64,000 bases of DNA from Chloroflexota bacterium (GTDB lineage Bacteria; Chloroflexota; Limnocylindria; QHBO01): assembly GCA_025699005.1 (NCBI GenBank), contig JAILWI010000001.1, positions 780,908-844,907 of the forward strand, written 5' to 3'. A program made the translations under genes and the position numbers. This document shows, in pieces, positions 54,057 through 64,000 of this stretch. The stretch's first letter is position 1. Every line of letters begins with the position of its first letter. Below the pieces are notes generated by a model. The model had not been told where the DNA came from. It ran no database searches and saw only the letters and a program-made list of their open reading frames with translations.

Positions 54057-57025
54057 CCGCCGCGTCGGCGCCGCGCGAGGCGCTCGGCCAGCGTCTCGCC
54101 GGCCACCTCGGGCTCATCGGGCGCTGGCGGCTGCGCTGCCGGCCGATCGTGCTGCGGCCGCGGCGGCGCGACCGTTGGGGCGGGCCTGGATGCGACGGGC
54201 CCGGACGGGGCGGGCCGGGCCGCCGGGGCCGGCGGGGTCGCCCCCGCATCGGGTGGCTGCGCCTGCGCCGGGGCACGCTCGCTGCGTCGCGCGCTCCGCT
54301 CCCGCGCGGCGCGCAGCTCCGAGAGACCGGGGACCGCCTCGGGTTCTGCGCGACCCATGCCCACGCGCCTGGCGGCCCACGCGCGCGCACGTCGGAGGTC
54401 CGAGCGGCTCAGCGCCACGCGGCGAACGCCGACGTCGAGCGGAACCAGCACGATGGCCAGGAGCAGCAGCCACGGCCAGATTGGCGTCGGGAAGGCATCC
54501 GCCTCGATGTCGTGGGTCCAGGCGGCCGCCGGTGCCTCGGCATCGTCGAGCGAGCGCTCGACGCCTCGGCCGGTCTCGGCAAAGGCGGCCAGGGCGTCGG
54601 TATCGACGCCGAGTCGGCGGTACTCCTCGGCGGCCGGCGACACGATGCCGAGCGTCCGGCTGGCGGCATCGGTGCCGTTCTCGTCCTCGAAGGTCTGTGC
54701 CACCCGGACCAGGTACGCGCCCTGCGCATCGGCGCGGACGGTGCCCGCATAGCGGCCCGGCCCGATCTGCTCGAGCACCGTCTGCGTGGGCTCGAGGTCC
54801 GGGGAGACGAGCCGGAGCACGGTGCGATAGAAGTTGCGTGGTCCGGCATCGTCGTCGAACGAGGTGACCTCGACGTTGAGCTCGCCACGCTCGCCGGGGC
54901 TGAATCGTACGTCGATGCCCTCGGCGTCCTGCGGGGGGAGCGTCCACGCCACGAGCTGTGCGGTCAGGGTGCCGAACTCCGGCGTGCCGATCCAGGGCGT
55001 CGCCCACTGCTGGCGCGTGTCGGATGTCCAGGCCGCGGCGCGGCCCAGCCCGTACTGCCACTGCGCGAGGAGCGGATCCTCGCGCCCGGTGAGCAGGGCG
55101 ACCGTGGCGCTGCCCTTGGCGGTCGTCGCGTTGTAGCCCAGGAGCTGTGGCAGCCGGCCGGCATCCATGCCATCGAGGATCTCGGACGACGAGGACGGGA
55201 TCGGCTGGAACGTCTCCTCGACGATCTGCTCTCCGGCGGTGCGGATGGTCTCACGCAGGAAGATGTCGGGGATCGTCGTCGCATCGGCGGCGTCGTAGTA
55301 GCGCCCACCCGATTCCTCCGCCAACCGCTCGAGCAGCTCGGCCGAGCCGCCACCGGTGCCGATCGTCGACAGCGTGATCCCGGCCGCCTGCATGTCCTCG
55401 AGCAGCTCGTCGTACGCGCCGTGCGTCGACCAGCCGTCGGTGATGAGGATGATGTGCCGCAGCGTGGCGGGGTTGTCGACGAGGTCGTCGTACGCCGCCT
55501 TCAGCCCGGCGTAGATGTTCGTGTTGCCGTCGGCCGGGAAGCCGATGCCGTCGCCGAGCGCGCCGAAGTCGATCGGCGCGGTGCGGACTGCCCAGTGCGC
55601 GTTCTGGTCGAACGCCACCACCCCGAGCTGGTCGGTCGGTGCCATCGCCTCGGCCGCGCGAAGGATCGCCTCGCGCGCGATGTCGACCTTCTCGAAGCCG
55701 CGTTGCCCCGACGGGTTCGCGTTGTCGCGCGAGTCGCCGGTGCAGTGGCAGTCGGCCATGCTGCCCGACTTGTCGACGACGGCGACCATCGCCACGTCGG
55801 GCGAGCGCTCGCGATCGCGGACCGTCATGTAGACGGGGAGGGTCTCCTCGATCGGCGTGCCCATGTAGCCGCCGGCACCGTAGCTCTCACGTCCCCCGAG
55901 CATGACGAGGCCCTTGCCGAGGTCGCGGACGTAGACCTGGAGCGCGGCCATCGTCGTGTCGCCCAGGTCGCGGGCACCGACGTTGTCGAGGACCACCGCG
56001 TCGTATCCGGCGAGCGTGGCGAGCGACGACGGCACGCCGGTGGAGGGCACGACGGTCACCTCGAGGCTGCCGTCGCCGAGGGAAGCGACGAGATCGGCCG
56101 CGCGGGTCGCGTCGTCGGTCGCCACGAGGACCTGCGGCTCGCCGGTCACGAGCACGTAGGCGTCGGCCGCGTTGTTCTCGGTGAACCGATCGACATCGGC
56201 CTCGATGACCGCCCGGAAGACGTGGAATCCCGGCTCGGTGGCCGTGACCGAGAAGGGGATCGTCGTGATCCCCGGCTCGAGCTCCAGCTCGCGCGTCGCG
56301 ACGGTCGCGCCGTCCGCGAGCAGACGGAGCGTGGCGTTCGTGGTGACGGTCGAGCGCAGTCGCGCGACGAGGTCGATCGTCTCGCCGACCCGCGCGCCGG
56401 GCGGTGCGTCGAGCGCGTCGACGAGCACCTCGGCGGCCGACTCGTCCGCGGGCGTCACGACGTCCAGGCGGATGCCCCGTGTGGCCGCGGCCGCGATGGC
56501 GTCGTCGGCCTCGCCCGCGGTGTCGTTGCCGTCGGAGAGCAGGACGATGCGCTGCTGGGTCCCGGCCGGGAAGATGGCGGCCGCCAGGCGCACCGCGGCC
56601 GCGACGTCCGTGGCTGCGGCGACCGGCTCCGAAGCGGGATCCGACAGCTGGTCGAGCTGCGACGGCAGGCGGTCGACGAGCGCGTTGGCGCCGAAGACCA
56701 CGACGCCCGCCGTGTCGCCCTCGGGCATCTCGCGCACGCTCGCCCGAGCCCAGTCCACGAGCTCCTCACGGGTGGCGTCGAGCATCGACGCCGACGCGTC
56801 GAGCAGGAAGACGACGCTGAGCCGATCCGATGGCAGCGCCAGCCGCGCCCCGGCGAGGGCCAGGACGAGCGCACCGACGAGCGCAAGCCGGATGACGAGC
56901 GACGCGACCCGTCGCGCCCGCGGCAGCGTGCGAGAGGCGCCCATCCAGCCGATGACGACGAGGGCGACCGCCGGCAGCGCGATCCACAGCCACGCCGGGT
57001 CGGCGAACGCGATCGGCACGTTCAT
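54053..57025 (-). CDS. Large membrane VWA-domain protein with two vWFA domains (BatB/BatA-like, MoxR-operon component)
   Basis: Start is at MNVPIAFADPAWLWIALPAVALVVIGW (ATG 57025; ATGA overlap with the upstream gene). MIDAS 1 is VVFLLDASASM. A second vWFA carries VAVVDKSGSMAD...ILITDGWSTHG. It has a C-terminal TM and a Pro/Ala-rich tail. Confidence 0.75.
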   Translation of the reverse strand: MNVPIAFADPAWLWIALPAVALVVIGWMGASRTLPRARRVASLVIRLALVGALVLALAGARLALPSDRLSVVFLLDASASMLDATREELVDWARASVREMPEGDTAGVVVFGANALVDRLPSQLDQLSDPASEPVAAATDVAAAVRLAAAIFPAGTQQRIVLLSDGNDTAGEADDAIAAAATRGIRLDVVTPADESAAEVLVDALDAPPGARVGETIDLVARLRSTVTTNATLRLLADGATVATRELELEPGITTIPFSVTATEPGFHVFRAVIEADVDRFTENNAADAYVLVTGEPQVLVATDDATRAADLVASLGDGSLEVTVVPSTGVPSSLATLAGYDAVVLDNVGARDLGDTTMAALQVYVRDLGKGLVMLGGRESYGAGGYMGTPIEETLPVYMTVRDRERSPDVAMVAVVDKSGSMADCHCTGDSRDNANPSGQRGFEKVDIAREAILRAAEAMAPTDQLGVVAFDQNAHWAVRTAPIDFGALGDGIGFPADGNTNIYAGLKAAYDDLVDNPATLRHIILITDGWSTHGAYDELLEDMQAAGITLSTIGTGGGSAELLERLAEESGGRYYDAADATTIPDIFLRETIRTAGEQIVEETFQPIPSSSSEILDGMDAGRLPQLLGYNATTAKGSATVALLTGREDPLLAQWQYGLGRAAAWTSDTRQQWATPWIGTPEFGTLTAQLVAWTLPPQDAEGIDVRFSPGERGELNVEVTSFDDDAGPRNFYRTVLRLVSPDLEPTQTVLEQIGPGRYAGTVRADAQGAYLVRVAQTFEDENGTDAASRTLGIVSPAAEEYRRLGVDTDALAAFAETGRGVERSLDDAEAPAAAWTHDIEADAFPTPIWPWLLLLAIVLVPLDVGVRRVALSRSDLRRARAWAARRVGMGRAEPEAVPGLSELRAARERSARRSERAPAQAQPPDAGATPPAPAARPAPSGPVASRPAPTVAPPRPQHDRPAAQPPAPDEPEVAGETLAERLARRRRGG

Positions 57026-58986
57026 CGGGCTCGACCCCCCAGGGGCTGGGGCCGCGCGCGGAAGGCGCGCGACAGGCTTCGGCGGGTCGGACGGTGGAAG
57101 AGGAGCCACTCGACCATGAGGAGCGCCAGCGCGGCGAGCGCCAGCGGCCACCACCACTCGGCACGGGTCGGCTGGGTGTCGGGTCCCTCGCCATTCGTCA
57201 CCCGACCCATCGCGGTGATCCGCTGTGGATCGCCGGGACGCACGTCGGACTCGTCGGGGCTGAACAGGTTCACCGCCGTCCGGCCCAGTGCCAAGCCCGA
57301 GAGCTCCGGGACCTCGCTGATCGCCGTGACCTGGCGCAGGCCGACGAGCTCGGCACCGGGCACCGTCGCGCGGCCGCCGACGACGGGCACCTCCACGCGG
57401 GTGGTGGCGGCGCCGGGCAGCCCTTCCGCTCCCGCCGTCTCGACCGCGATCCGATCGATCCGCGGGTCGACCGACACGCCCACCGACTCGCCGAGCCGCA
57501 CCGAGGAGGGCAGAATCCCCTCGCCCACGGGGAGCAGGAACTCGGTGAGGTTGCTCATGAGGAGCGGGAAGGCGATCTGGAGCGGCAGGTCGGACTCGCC
57601 GAGGTCGAAGCCGATGACGGCGGAGCGACGGCCGCCCACCTGGCCCACCGCCACGAGCGGCGTGCCGGCAGGGGTCGACACCACGGCGCGCATGCCGTCG
57701 GCGAGCTCGATGTCGCGCGTCCGCCCGATGTGGACGGTCGACAGGTCGACGAAGCGGAGGATCGGCTCATCGGGATCGACGCGGTCGATGGCCGGGCTCT
57801 CGATCCGTCCGTCGACCGTGCCGTACACGCCGTCGTCGTCCGGGTCGACGTAGAGCGCGGGGACCGTCGGCGCCTCGTCCGGGACGAGACCGTCGAAGAT
57901 GAGCAGTCCGTACGGCGTGCCGGCCTCCTCGGCCTCGGCCAGGGCATCGGCGTAGCCGTCGGCTCCGACGGCATAGAGCTCGAGGCGCGGGAGGAGGGCG
58001 AGGGCGTTCTCGAGGAACGGGCTTCCGGCACCGACGAGCAGGGCACGGACCGTCCCCTCGCCGGGCACGATCGCGAACGCGGTGTCGTCGGTCGCCAGCG
58101 CATCGGCTCCGGCCAGGCGTGCCTCGACGAGCGTGGTCGCCCCGGGGACGGTGCTGACGAGCGCCTCCGAGCGCTGACCGGCGGGGATCGTGAGGTCGCG
58201 CGCGTCCACGAGCGCGCCGTCCGCGTACACCTCGAGCCGCCGCGTGACCGCGACGGCGGACGGGTTGGCGACGGCCACGAACAGGTCGAGCTGCGCGCCG
58301 CCGGCTCGCCGCAGGGCCGACAGGGCGGCGATCGCCTGGTTCGCATCGGTGGCGCCCACCTGCTCGACGAGGACCGGTGCCCCGACGCCGACGTCCGGCA
58401 GGCGATCGCCGGAGGCGTCGCTCACGACGACCACGGTCGAGTCCGCGTCACGACGCGCCAGCGCGGACGCGAGCGCGAAGGCATCGGTCAGGTCTCCCGG
58501 GAGCTGGGTGGCCGCGATGCCGTCGATCGCCTCGAGGGCCGCGTCGACGTCGTCGGTCTCGCTCACGAGCACCTCGGCGCTGTCGGCCGCGGACACGACC
58601 GTGATGCGGCCGCCGACCGGCAGCCGTTCCACGACGTCCCGCGCGCGCTCGCGCGCCATCGCCATGCGGTCCTCGTCGTCGGTCGCCGTTGCCATCGACG
58701 CGCTGGTGTCGACGATGAGAACGACGTTGGCGGCCAGGTCGGACTCCACGGCGCTGAACGGTCGGACCGCGGCCATCACCACGATGGCGGCGATGAGCAG
58801 CTGGACGAGGAGGAGCCAGCTGAAGCGGAGGCGCTGCCACGGCGCGTTGGCCTCGACGTCGCGGATGAGCTGCTGCCATAGGAACGTGGACCCGACCGGC
58901 AGGTCGCGGCGCCGCAGGCGCAGCATGTAGAAGGCGACGATGATCGGCAGGCTGATGAGGCCGATGAGGGCGAGCGGAGCAATCAT
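57022..58986 (-). CDS. Membrane VWA-domain protein (BatA-like)
   Basis: Start is at MIAPLALIGLISLPIIVAFYML (ATG 58986; ATGA overlap with DUF58). MIDAS motif VVLIVDTSASMAT. C-terminal TM WWWPLALAALALLMVEWLLF. Confidence 0.75.
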   Translation of the reverse strand: MIAPLALIGLISLPIIVAFYMLRLRRRDLPVGSTFLWQQLIRDVEANAPWQRLRFSWLLLVQLLIAAIVVMAAVRPFSAVESDLAANVVLIVDTSASMATATDDEDRMAMARERARDVVERLPVGGRITVVSAADSAEVLVSETDDVDAALEAIDGIAATQLPGDLTDAFALASALARRDADSTVVVVSDASGDRLPDVGVGAPVLVEQVGATDANQAIAALSALRRAGGAQLDLFVAVANPSAVAVTRRLEVYADGALVDARDLTIPAGQRSEALVSTVPGATTLVEARLAGADALATDDTAFAIVPGEGTVRALLVGAGSPFLENALALLPRLELYAVGADGYADALAEAEEAGTPYGLLIFDGLVPDEAPTVPALYVDPDDDGVYGTVDGRIESPAIDRVDPDEPILRFVDLSTVHIGRTRDIELADGMRAVVSTPAGTPLVAVGQVGGRRSAVIGFDLGESDLPLQIAFPLLMSNLTEFLLPVGEGILPSSVRLGESVGVSVDPRIDRIAVETAGAEGLPGAATTRVEVPVVGGRATVPGAELVGLRQVTAISEVPELSGLALGRTAVNLFSPDESDVRPGDPQRITAMGRVTNGEGPDTQPTRAEWWWPLALAALALLMVEWLLFHRPTRRSLSRAFRARPQPLGGRAR

Positions 58987-59873
58987 TCGACCACCCGACG
59001 GCGGCGGAGGACGTCGAACAGGAGATCGGCGAGGTCGAGATCGGTCGGCACGGCGACGTACGCGCCGCCACGCCGGCTGACGAAGCTCGAGATCTCCGCC
59101 TGCCACTCGGCGAGGCGCGTTCGGTAACGGTCGACGAGGTCGTCGTCACCCGACACCTCGACGGCGTGGCCCGTCTCGTTGTCGACGAGCCGTGCGTCCG
59201 GCGGAACCTCGGGTTCCAGCTCGTCCGGCGCGAGCAGGTGGAGGACCGAGAGCTGGCACCGCGTTCCGGCCAGGTCACGCAGCGCGTCGAGGTAGCCGGG
59301 ATCCATGAGGTCGCTGATGAGGATCAACGGACCCGTGCCGCGCATCCGGGCGGCGTAGGAGCGCGCCGCCGATGCCAGCCCGGTCAGGCGCTCGGTCCGC
59401 GGCTCGGAGAGGAATCGGAAGAGCTCGAGCGCGCGACGCTTGCCGCGCATCGGGCGCATGCCGCTCGCCTCGCCGTCACCGAGGAAGGCGACGCTCACGC
59501 GGTCCATGCTGGCCAGCCCGAGATAGCCGAGCGCCGCCGCGGCACGGCGGGCGGCGTCGAGCTTGTTCGGCACGCCGCAGTCCATGGAGCGCGATGCATC
59601 GACGAGGACGTGGACGGTGACGTCCTCCTCCTCGACGAAGAGCTTGACGAAGAGCTTCTCGAGCCGCGCGTAGGCGTTCCAGTCGACCTGCCGCAGGTCG
59701 TCGCCGGCGGCGTAGTTGCGATAGTCGGCGAACTCGACGCTCTGGCCGCGCCGCACGCTGCGCCGCTCGCCCTTCATCCGGCCGGCGATCATGCGCCGCG
59801 AAGCGAGCTCGAGCTGCTCGAGCCGACGCAGGAACGTCTCGTCGAAGAACGGGGCTCGCTCGGGGGTCGTCAT
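58983..59873 (-). CDS. DUF58 domain protein (MoxR-associated, vWA-like fold)
   Basis: Start is at MTTPERAPFFDETFLRRLEQLELASRR. GERRSVRRGQSVEFADYRNYAAGDDLRQVDWNAYAR is the DUF58 signature. Confidence 0.8.
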   Translation of the reverse strand: MTTPERAPFFDETFLRRLEQLELASRRMIAGRMKGERRSVRRGQSVEFADYRNYAAGDDLRQVDWNAYARLEKLFVKLFVEEEDVTVHVLVDASRSMDCGVPNKLDAARRAAAALGYLGLASMDRVSVAFLGDGEASGMRPMRGKRRALELFRFLSEPRTERLTGLASAARSYAARMRGTGPLILISDLMDPGYLDALRDLAGTRCQLSVLHLLAPDELEPEVPPDARLVDNETGHAVEVSGDDDLVDRYRTRLAEWQAEISSFVSRRGGAYVAVPTDLDLADLLFDVLRRRRVVE

Positions 59874-59916
59874 CGGCTCGGGATCGCGGACCGGAGCCGC
59901 GCGATCGGGAGGCTGC

Positions 59917-60939
<1,023 letters not shown>

Positions 60940-60950
60940 GGGTCCTCTGC

Positions 60951-62777
60951 TCAGTCCGTGGGTTCGAGACGGGAGAAGTAGTCGCGGACGAAGTCCTTCA
61001 GCGTGATCGGCACCTGCTGGCGATCGAGCGCCGACTGGGCGTAGTTCTCGAACAGGTCGAAGACCTGCCGGTACGGCACGACGCTGTCGTTGTCGAAGCC
61101 GACGCCGGACCCGCTGCTGGTCTGGTCGGTGCCGCCATTGCCGCCCCGACCGGCGATGAAGTCGGGATCGCCCGGCCGCCCGAACCGATCGAAGTCGGAG
61201 AGGACGCTACCCTCGTCGTCGGTCTCCGAGCCCTGGTTGCCGGACGTCGGCCCGTCGAACCCGCCGGTGCGCAGCCCGCCGCCGGGGATGCGTCGCACGC
61301 TCGTTCCACCGCCCGAGCCCGGCTGGCTTCCGGGACCCGGCTGGTTGCCAGGTTGCGATCCCGGCTGGTTGCCCGGCTGGTTGCCCGGCTGATTCCCGGG
61401 CTGGTTTCCGGGCTGGTTGCCCGGCTGATTCCCGGGCTGTCCGGAGGCTCCCGGCTGGCCCGATGCGCCCGGCTGTCCGGACGCTCCCGGCTGCCCCGAT
61501 GCTCCCGGCTGGCCGGATGCTCCCGGCTGCCCCGATGCCCCCGGCTGGCCGGATGCTCCCGGCTGCCCGGTCGAGCGGCCGGTCGGCTGGCCCGCGCGGG
61601 CCACCTGGCGGGCGCCATCCTGGAGCGCCGACTGCGCCCGGGCGATGTCTCGCTGCACCTGCCGGTCCCGGGCAGCGTCGCGGAGAGCATCGGCGGCGCG
61701 GTCGAGCGCTTCCTGGGCGGCTCGGCGATCCTCCTCGCTTCCGCTGCGTGCCGCTGCGTCGAGGGCGTCTGCGGCCTCCGCCAGCGCACTCGCCGCGGCG
61801 GGCTGTGACTGCGCCGCGGCCGCGGCGGCTCGGCGGAGCTCGTCCGCACGCTCGGCGGCCTCTTCGGGCGTCATCTCATCGGCCTCGTCCGCAAGCTCCT
61901 CGAGATCGCGGGCCGCTTCCTCCGGGTCGCCCTCGGGATTGGCCTCGGGATCGTCGGTCGCCGCCTGCGAGACCGCGCGCGCCAGCTGGGTCAGCGCCGC
62001 GTCCTTCTCGGCCGCCTGCGGATCGGTCTGGCGCGACAGCTCTTCCTGAACGGAGCCGATCCGGGCCAGCGTCGCCTCGCGATCGTCTCCGGACTCGCGG
62101 AGCTGGCGGATCAGCTCACGGAGCTCTCGCTCGAGCTCTTCGCGGCGCGGATCGGGGTTCTCGACGTTCTCCTCGCCGACCTCGTCGGCGATCTCCTCGA
62201 CCCGCTCCGCGACCCGCTCGGCCGCCTCCCGAGCGGCCCGCCGTGCGGCGAGCAGGTCATCCTGGGGATTCGGCCACGCCACGAGCAGCAGCGTCATCAC
62301 CAGGCCGATGCCGGCCACCGCCAGCGGCGTCCGCGCCAGGCGCGGACGGAATGCGCGGCGCAGGTCCACCTCGTTGAGCCGGGCTCGGGCATCGGCCAGC
62401 TGTCGGGCCTCGAGGGGATCGCTCGACGCGCGACGTGCGAGCTCGAGCGCGGTGCCCAGCCGCTGCCGCATCCCCAGCTCCTCGTCCGCGCGGCGCGCCG
62501 CCTCCACGAGAGACGGTCGCCGGCGCCAGGTGTCGATGGCCCACGCGACGACCGCGGCGACGACGACGCCGCCCTGGACCCAACGCGCGAACTCGATGGG
62601 GAATGCCCGCGCCAGCAGCTGGACGAGCGCGATGGCCAGGACGGCCGCGGCGGCCACGATGAGGCCCGAGCGAACGGCGCGGCGCCACCACAGCCGGCGG
62701 CGCAGGGCGCGGAGCCGGGCCAGGGCGTCTGCGCCCAGCCGCTCGGCGGCGGCCTGGGCGACGATCCGGTCGTTCAT
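60951..62777 (-). CDS. Membrane coiled-coil protein with collagen-like tandem repeats (GQPGAS)x8 and (GNQP)x8; MoxR-operon accessory component
   Basis: N-terminal TM helices (LIVAAAAVLAIALVQLL, VVVAAVVAWAI, AVAGIGLVMTLLLVAW). An Ala/Glu/Arg-rich helical region follows, then the repeats, then a conserved C-terminus ..VVPYRQVFDLFENYAQSALDRQQVPITLKDFVRDYFSRLEP. Confidence 0.6.
   Translation of the reverse strand: MNDRIVAQAAAERLGADALARLRALRRRLWWRRAVRSGLIVAAAAVLAIALVQLLARAFPIEFARWVQGGVVVAAVVAWAIDTWRRRPSLVEAARRADEELGMRQRLGTALELARRASSDPLEARQLADARARLNEVDLRRAFRPRLARTPLAVAGIGLVMTLLLVAWPNPQDDLLAARRAAREAAERVAERVEEIADEVGEENVENPDPRREELERELRELIRQLRESGDDREATLARIGSVQEELSRQTDPQAAEKDAALTQLARAVSQAATDDPEANPEGDPEEAARDLEELADEADEMTPEEAAERADELRRAAAAAAQSQPAAASALAEAADALDAAARSGSEEDRRAAQEALDRAADALRDAARDRQVQRDIARAQSALQDGARQVARAGQPTGRSTGQPGASGQPGASGQPGASGQPGASGQPGASGQPGASGQPGASGQPGNQPGNQPGNQPGNQPGNQPGNQPGSQPGNQPGPGSQPGSGGGTSVRRIPGGGLRTGGFDGPTSGNQGSETDDEGSVLSDFDRFGRPGDPDFIAGRGGNGGTDQTSSGSGVGFDNDSVVPYRQVFDLFENYAQSALDRQQVPITLKDFVRDYFSRLEPTD
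61325..61570 (-). repeat. In-frame tandem DNA repeats inside the 60951..62777 gene: ~8 x 12-bp units (CCGGGCTGGTTKCC) and ~8 x 18-bp units (CCGGCTGSCCGGAYGCTC)
   Basis: Read directly from the sequence at 61330-61570. They encode (GNQP)n and (GQPGAS)n. Confidence 0.85.
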
Positions 62778-63925
62778 CGGTCCTCCTCCAGGGGCAGCTC
62801 CGCGATCGCCGGTTCGGACGCGTCGACGGCGGTCTCATCCGGGCCGGCGGCGCGGGCGGCTCGTGGACGGCGGAAGGCCCAGCGCATGCCCGCCGGCACG
62901 ACGAGCCTCGTCGCCGCGAACGTCAGGATCGCGGAGAGGACCACGAACGTGATCGTGATCCGCGGCCACCAGTAGCCCGTGGCGGGTCCGCCGCCATCGA
63001 GCACGTTGCCGAACCGGTCGACGGCCCGGCACTCGTTGCCGATGCACTCGACGTTGCCGCCGATGACTCCGCCGTCACCGCGCAGCTCGCGAAGCATGCT
63101 GCTGATGCCGCCGAACCCCCCGGGCTCGGTGTTGGCCACCACGTCGAGCATCGCGATGCCCGGATTCAGGTACATGAGCTGTTCGGGCGCGCGCTTCGGC
63201 GGCCCGAAGCCGAACCCGTCGTCGCTCGTGTTGGCGACGACCGTCCAGAAGATGAAGAGCATCGTGGTGCCCAGGGTCAGGCCCAGCATCGTGATGTACG
63301 TGAGGACCGTGGCGGCCTGGGTCCGCTTGAGGAGCGCGGAGAAGAACAGCCCGATCGACCCGAGCAGCAGCGCGGTGCCGAGCAGCACGATCTGCTGGCG
63401 GACGATGTCGTCCACCGATGCCCCTCCGTACATGAGCACGATGGCCGTGATCGGGACCGCTGCCACGATCATGAGCACCACGAAGGCGAGGGCGGCCGCG
63501 AGCTTGCCGACCACGATGGCCGCCGGGCGCATCGGCGTGCTGATCAGCAGGTCGAGCGTCTGCTTCTCCCGCTCGAGGCTGATCTGCCCGGCCGTGAAGG
63601 CCGGGGCGATGAACGCGACGAGGATGAGCTGGAAGATCGAGAGGAGCGTGAAGATCGACTGGCCGATGAGGGCCGATGCGTTCGCCTGCCCCCCGAAGCC
63701 CCCGAACCCGCCACCGAAGCCGCGCACGTTCGGAGCGACCACGATGTACACGCCGTAGGTGATGAGCGCCAGCAGGCCGAGGTAGACGGTGAGCACGATG
63801 AAGGCCCGCCGGCCGCGCATCCGCGATCGGAGCTCCTTGACCATGATCGTGTTCACCGCGGCGAAGAACTCGCGCGGCGCCGACGAGCGAGGGGGTCGCG
63901 CCACTGCCGTCCCGGTCGCCGTCAT
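62774..63925 (-). CDS. ABC-2 type transporter permease
   Basis: Six TM helices, a Gly-rich loop GFGGGFGGFGG, and ABC-2 topology. ATGA overlaps with the upstream ATPase stop and with the downstream gene start. Confidence 0.7.
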   Translation of the reverse strand: MTATGTAVARPPRSSAPREFFAAVNTIMVKELRSRMRGRRAFIVLTVYLGLLALITYGVYIVVAPNVRGFGGGFGGFGGQANASALIGQSIFTLLSIFQLILVAFIAPAFTAGQISLEREKQTLDLLISTPMRPAAIVVGKLAAALAFVVLMIVAAVPITAIVLMYGGASVDDIVRQQIVLLGTALLLGSIGLFFSALLKRTQAATVLTYITMLGLTLGTTMLFIFWTVVANTSDDGFGFGPPKRAPEQLMYLNPGIAMLDVVANTEPGGFGGISSMLRELRGDGGVIGGNVECIGNECRAVDRFGNVLDGGGPATGYWWPRITITFVVLSAILTFAATRLVVPAGMRWAFRRPRAARAAGPDETAVDASEPAIAELPLEEDR

Positions 63926-64000
63926 GCCGCCGTCTCCTCGTCCACCTGTCCGGTCACCTTCAGGAAGATCTCCTCGAGGTCGCTCGTGGCCTGGTTGAAC
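63922..64000 (-). CDS. 3' end of ABC transporter ATP-binding protein (partial; 5' end beyond window)
   Basis: The minus-strand frame reads ...FNQATSDLEEIFLKVTGQVDEETAA*, the typical C-terminus of ABC ATPases. Its stop overlaps the permease ATG. Confidence 0.5.
   Translation of the reverse strand, partial: FNQATSDLEEIFLKVTGQVDEETAA

Noticed and set aside
53636-57853. 1405-aa ORF on the plus strand
   Set aside because: It lies entirely antisense to the two VWA genes. The translation is an Arg/Gly/Asp-rich, low-complexity 'shadow' typical of high-GC DNA (e.g. RRGRGARRRRWLPRDGRG...). The minus-strand frames carry clear vWFA/MIDAS motifs.
61325-61570. CRISPR-like regular short repeats
   Set aside because: The repeats are directly tandem with no spacers and are in-frame coding sequence (Gly-X-Y tract) inside a gene. 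No cas genes are nearby.

Overview
This is a 64-kb, very high-GC (~72%) window that looks like an actinobacterial chromosome (Actinomycetota; PAC2 proteasome-accessory gene, F420-dependent LLM oxidoreductase, UvrD2-type helicase with HRDC tail). Coding is dense and uses both strands. I support about 65 protein-coding genes. I found no rRNA, tRNA, CRISPR array, transposase or integrase.

Ordinary metabolic and regulatory content includes:
- TetR, HxlR and GNAT genes, a SAM-dependent methyltransferase, VOC/glyoxalase and DUF1801 paralogs.
- A CaCA cation antiporter, a DEAD-box RNA helicase with an RG-rich tail, and a 677-aa VWA-domain protein.
- A polyamine-type cluster: potABCD, a PuuR-like regulator carrying an extra MerR HTH, a class-III aminotransferase, a GcvT-family aminomethyltransferase and a CrtI-like oxidase.
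- A four-gene operon with an M55 D-aminopeptidase and a flavin reductase, an acyl-CoA dehydrogenase and an acetoacetyl-CoA synthetase.

Features worth a second look:
1. Two translationally coupled dynamin-like GTPases (the second with a membrane hairpin), next to an integral membrane protein, a His/Asp-repeat protein and uvrD2.
2. This block is bracketed by two paralogous secreted Pro-rich membrane-anchored proteins about 14.5 kb apart.
3. An orphan response regulator with an unknown output domain, in apparent operon with a coiled-coil protein carrying a PD-(D/E)xK-like nuclease motif (DUF2130-like).
4. A MoxR AAA+ / DUF58 / VWA / double-VWA module joined by 4-bp ATGA overlaps. It is extended by an ABC-2 transporter and a membrane coiled-coil protein that carries collagen-like tandem repeats, (GQPGAS)x8 and (GNQP)x8, encoded by 18-bp and 12-bp DNA repeats.
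5. A diverged duplicate of the last ~35 codons of the PAC2 gene lies immediately after the antiporter gene, so the two copies flank it. This suggests an old insertion or duplication.
6. A cupin gene broken by a 1-nt frameshift.

The ORF track also contains many long antisense ORFs and N-terminal extensions typical of high-GC DNA, which I rejected. Start coordinates are the part of each call I am least sure of.
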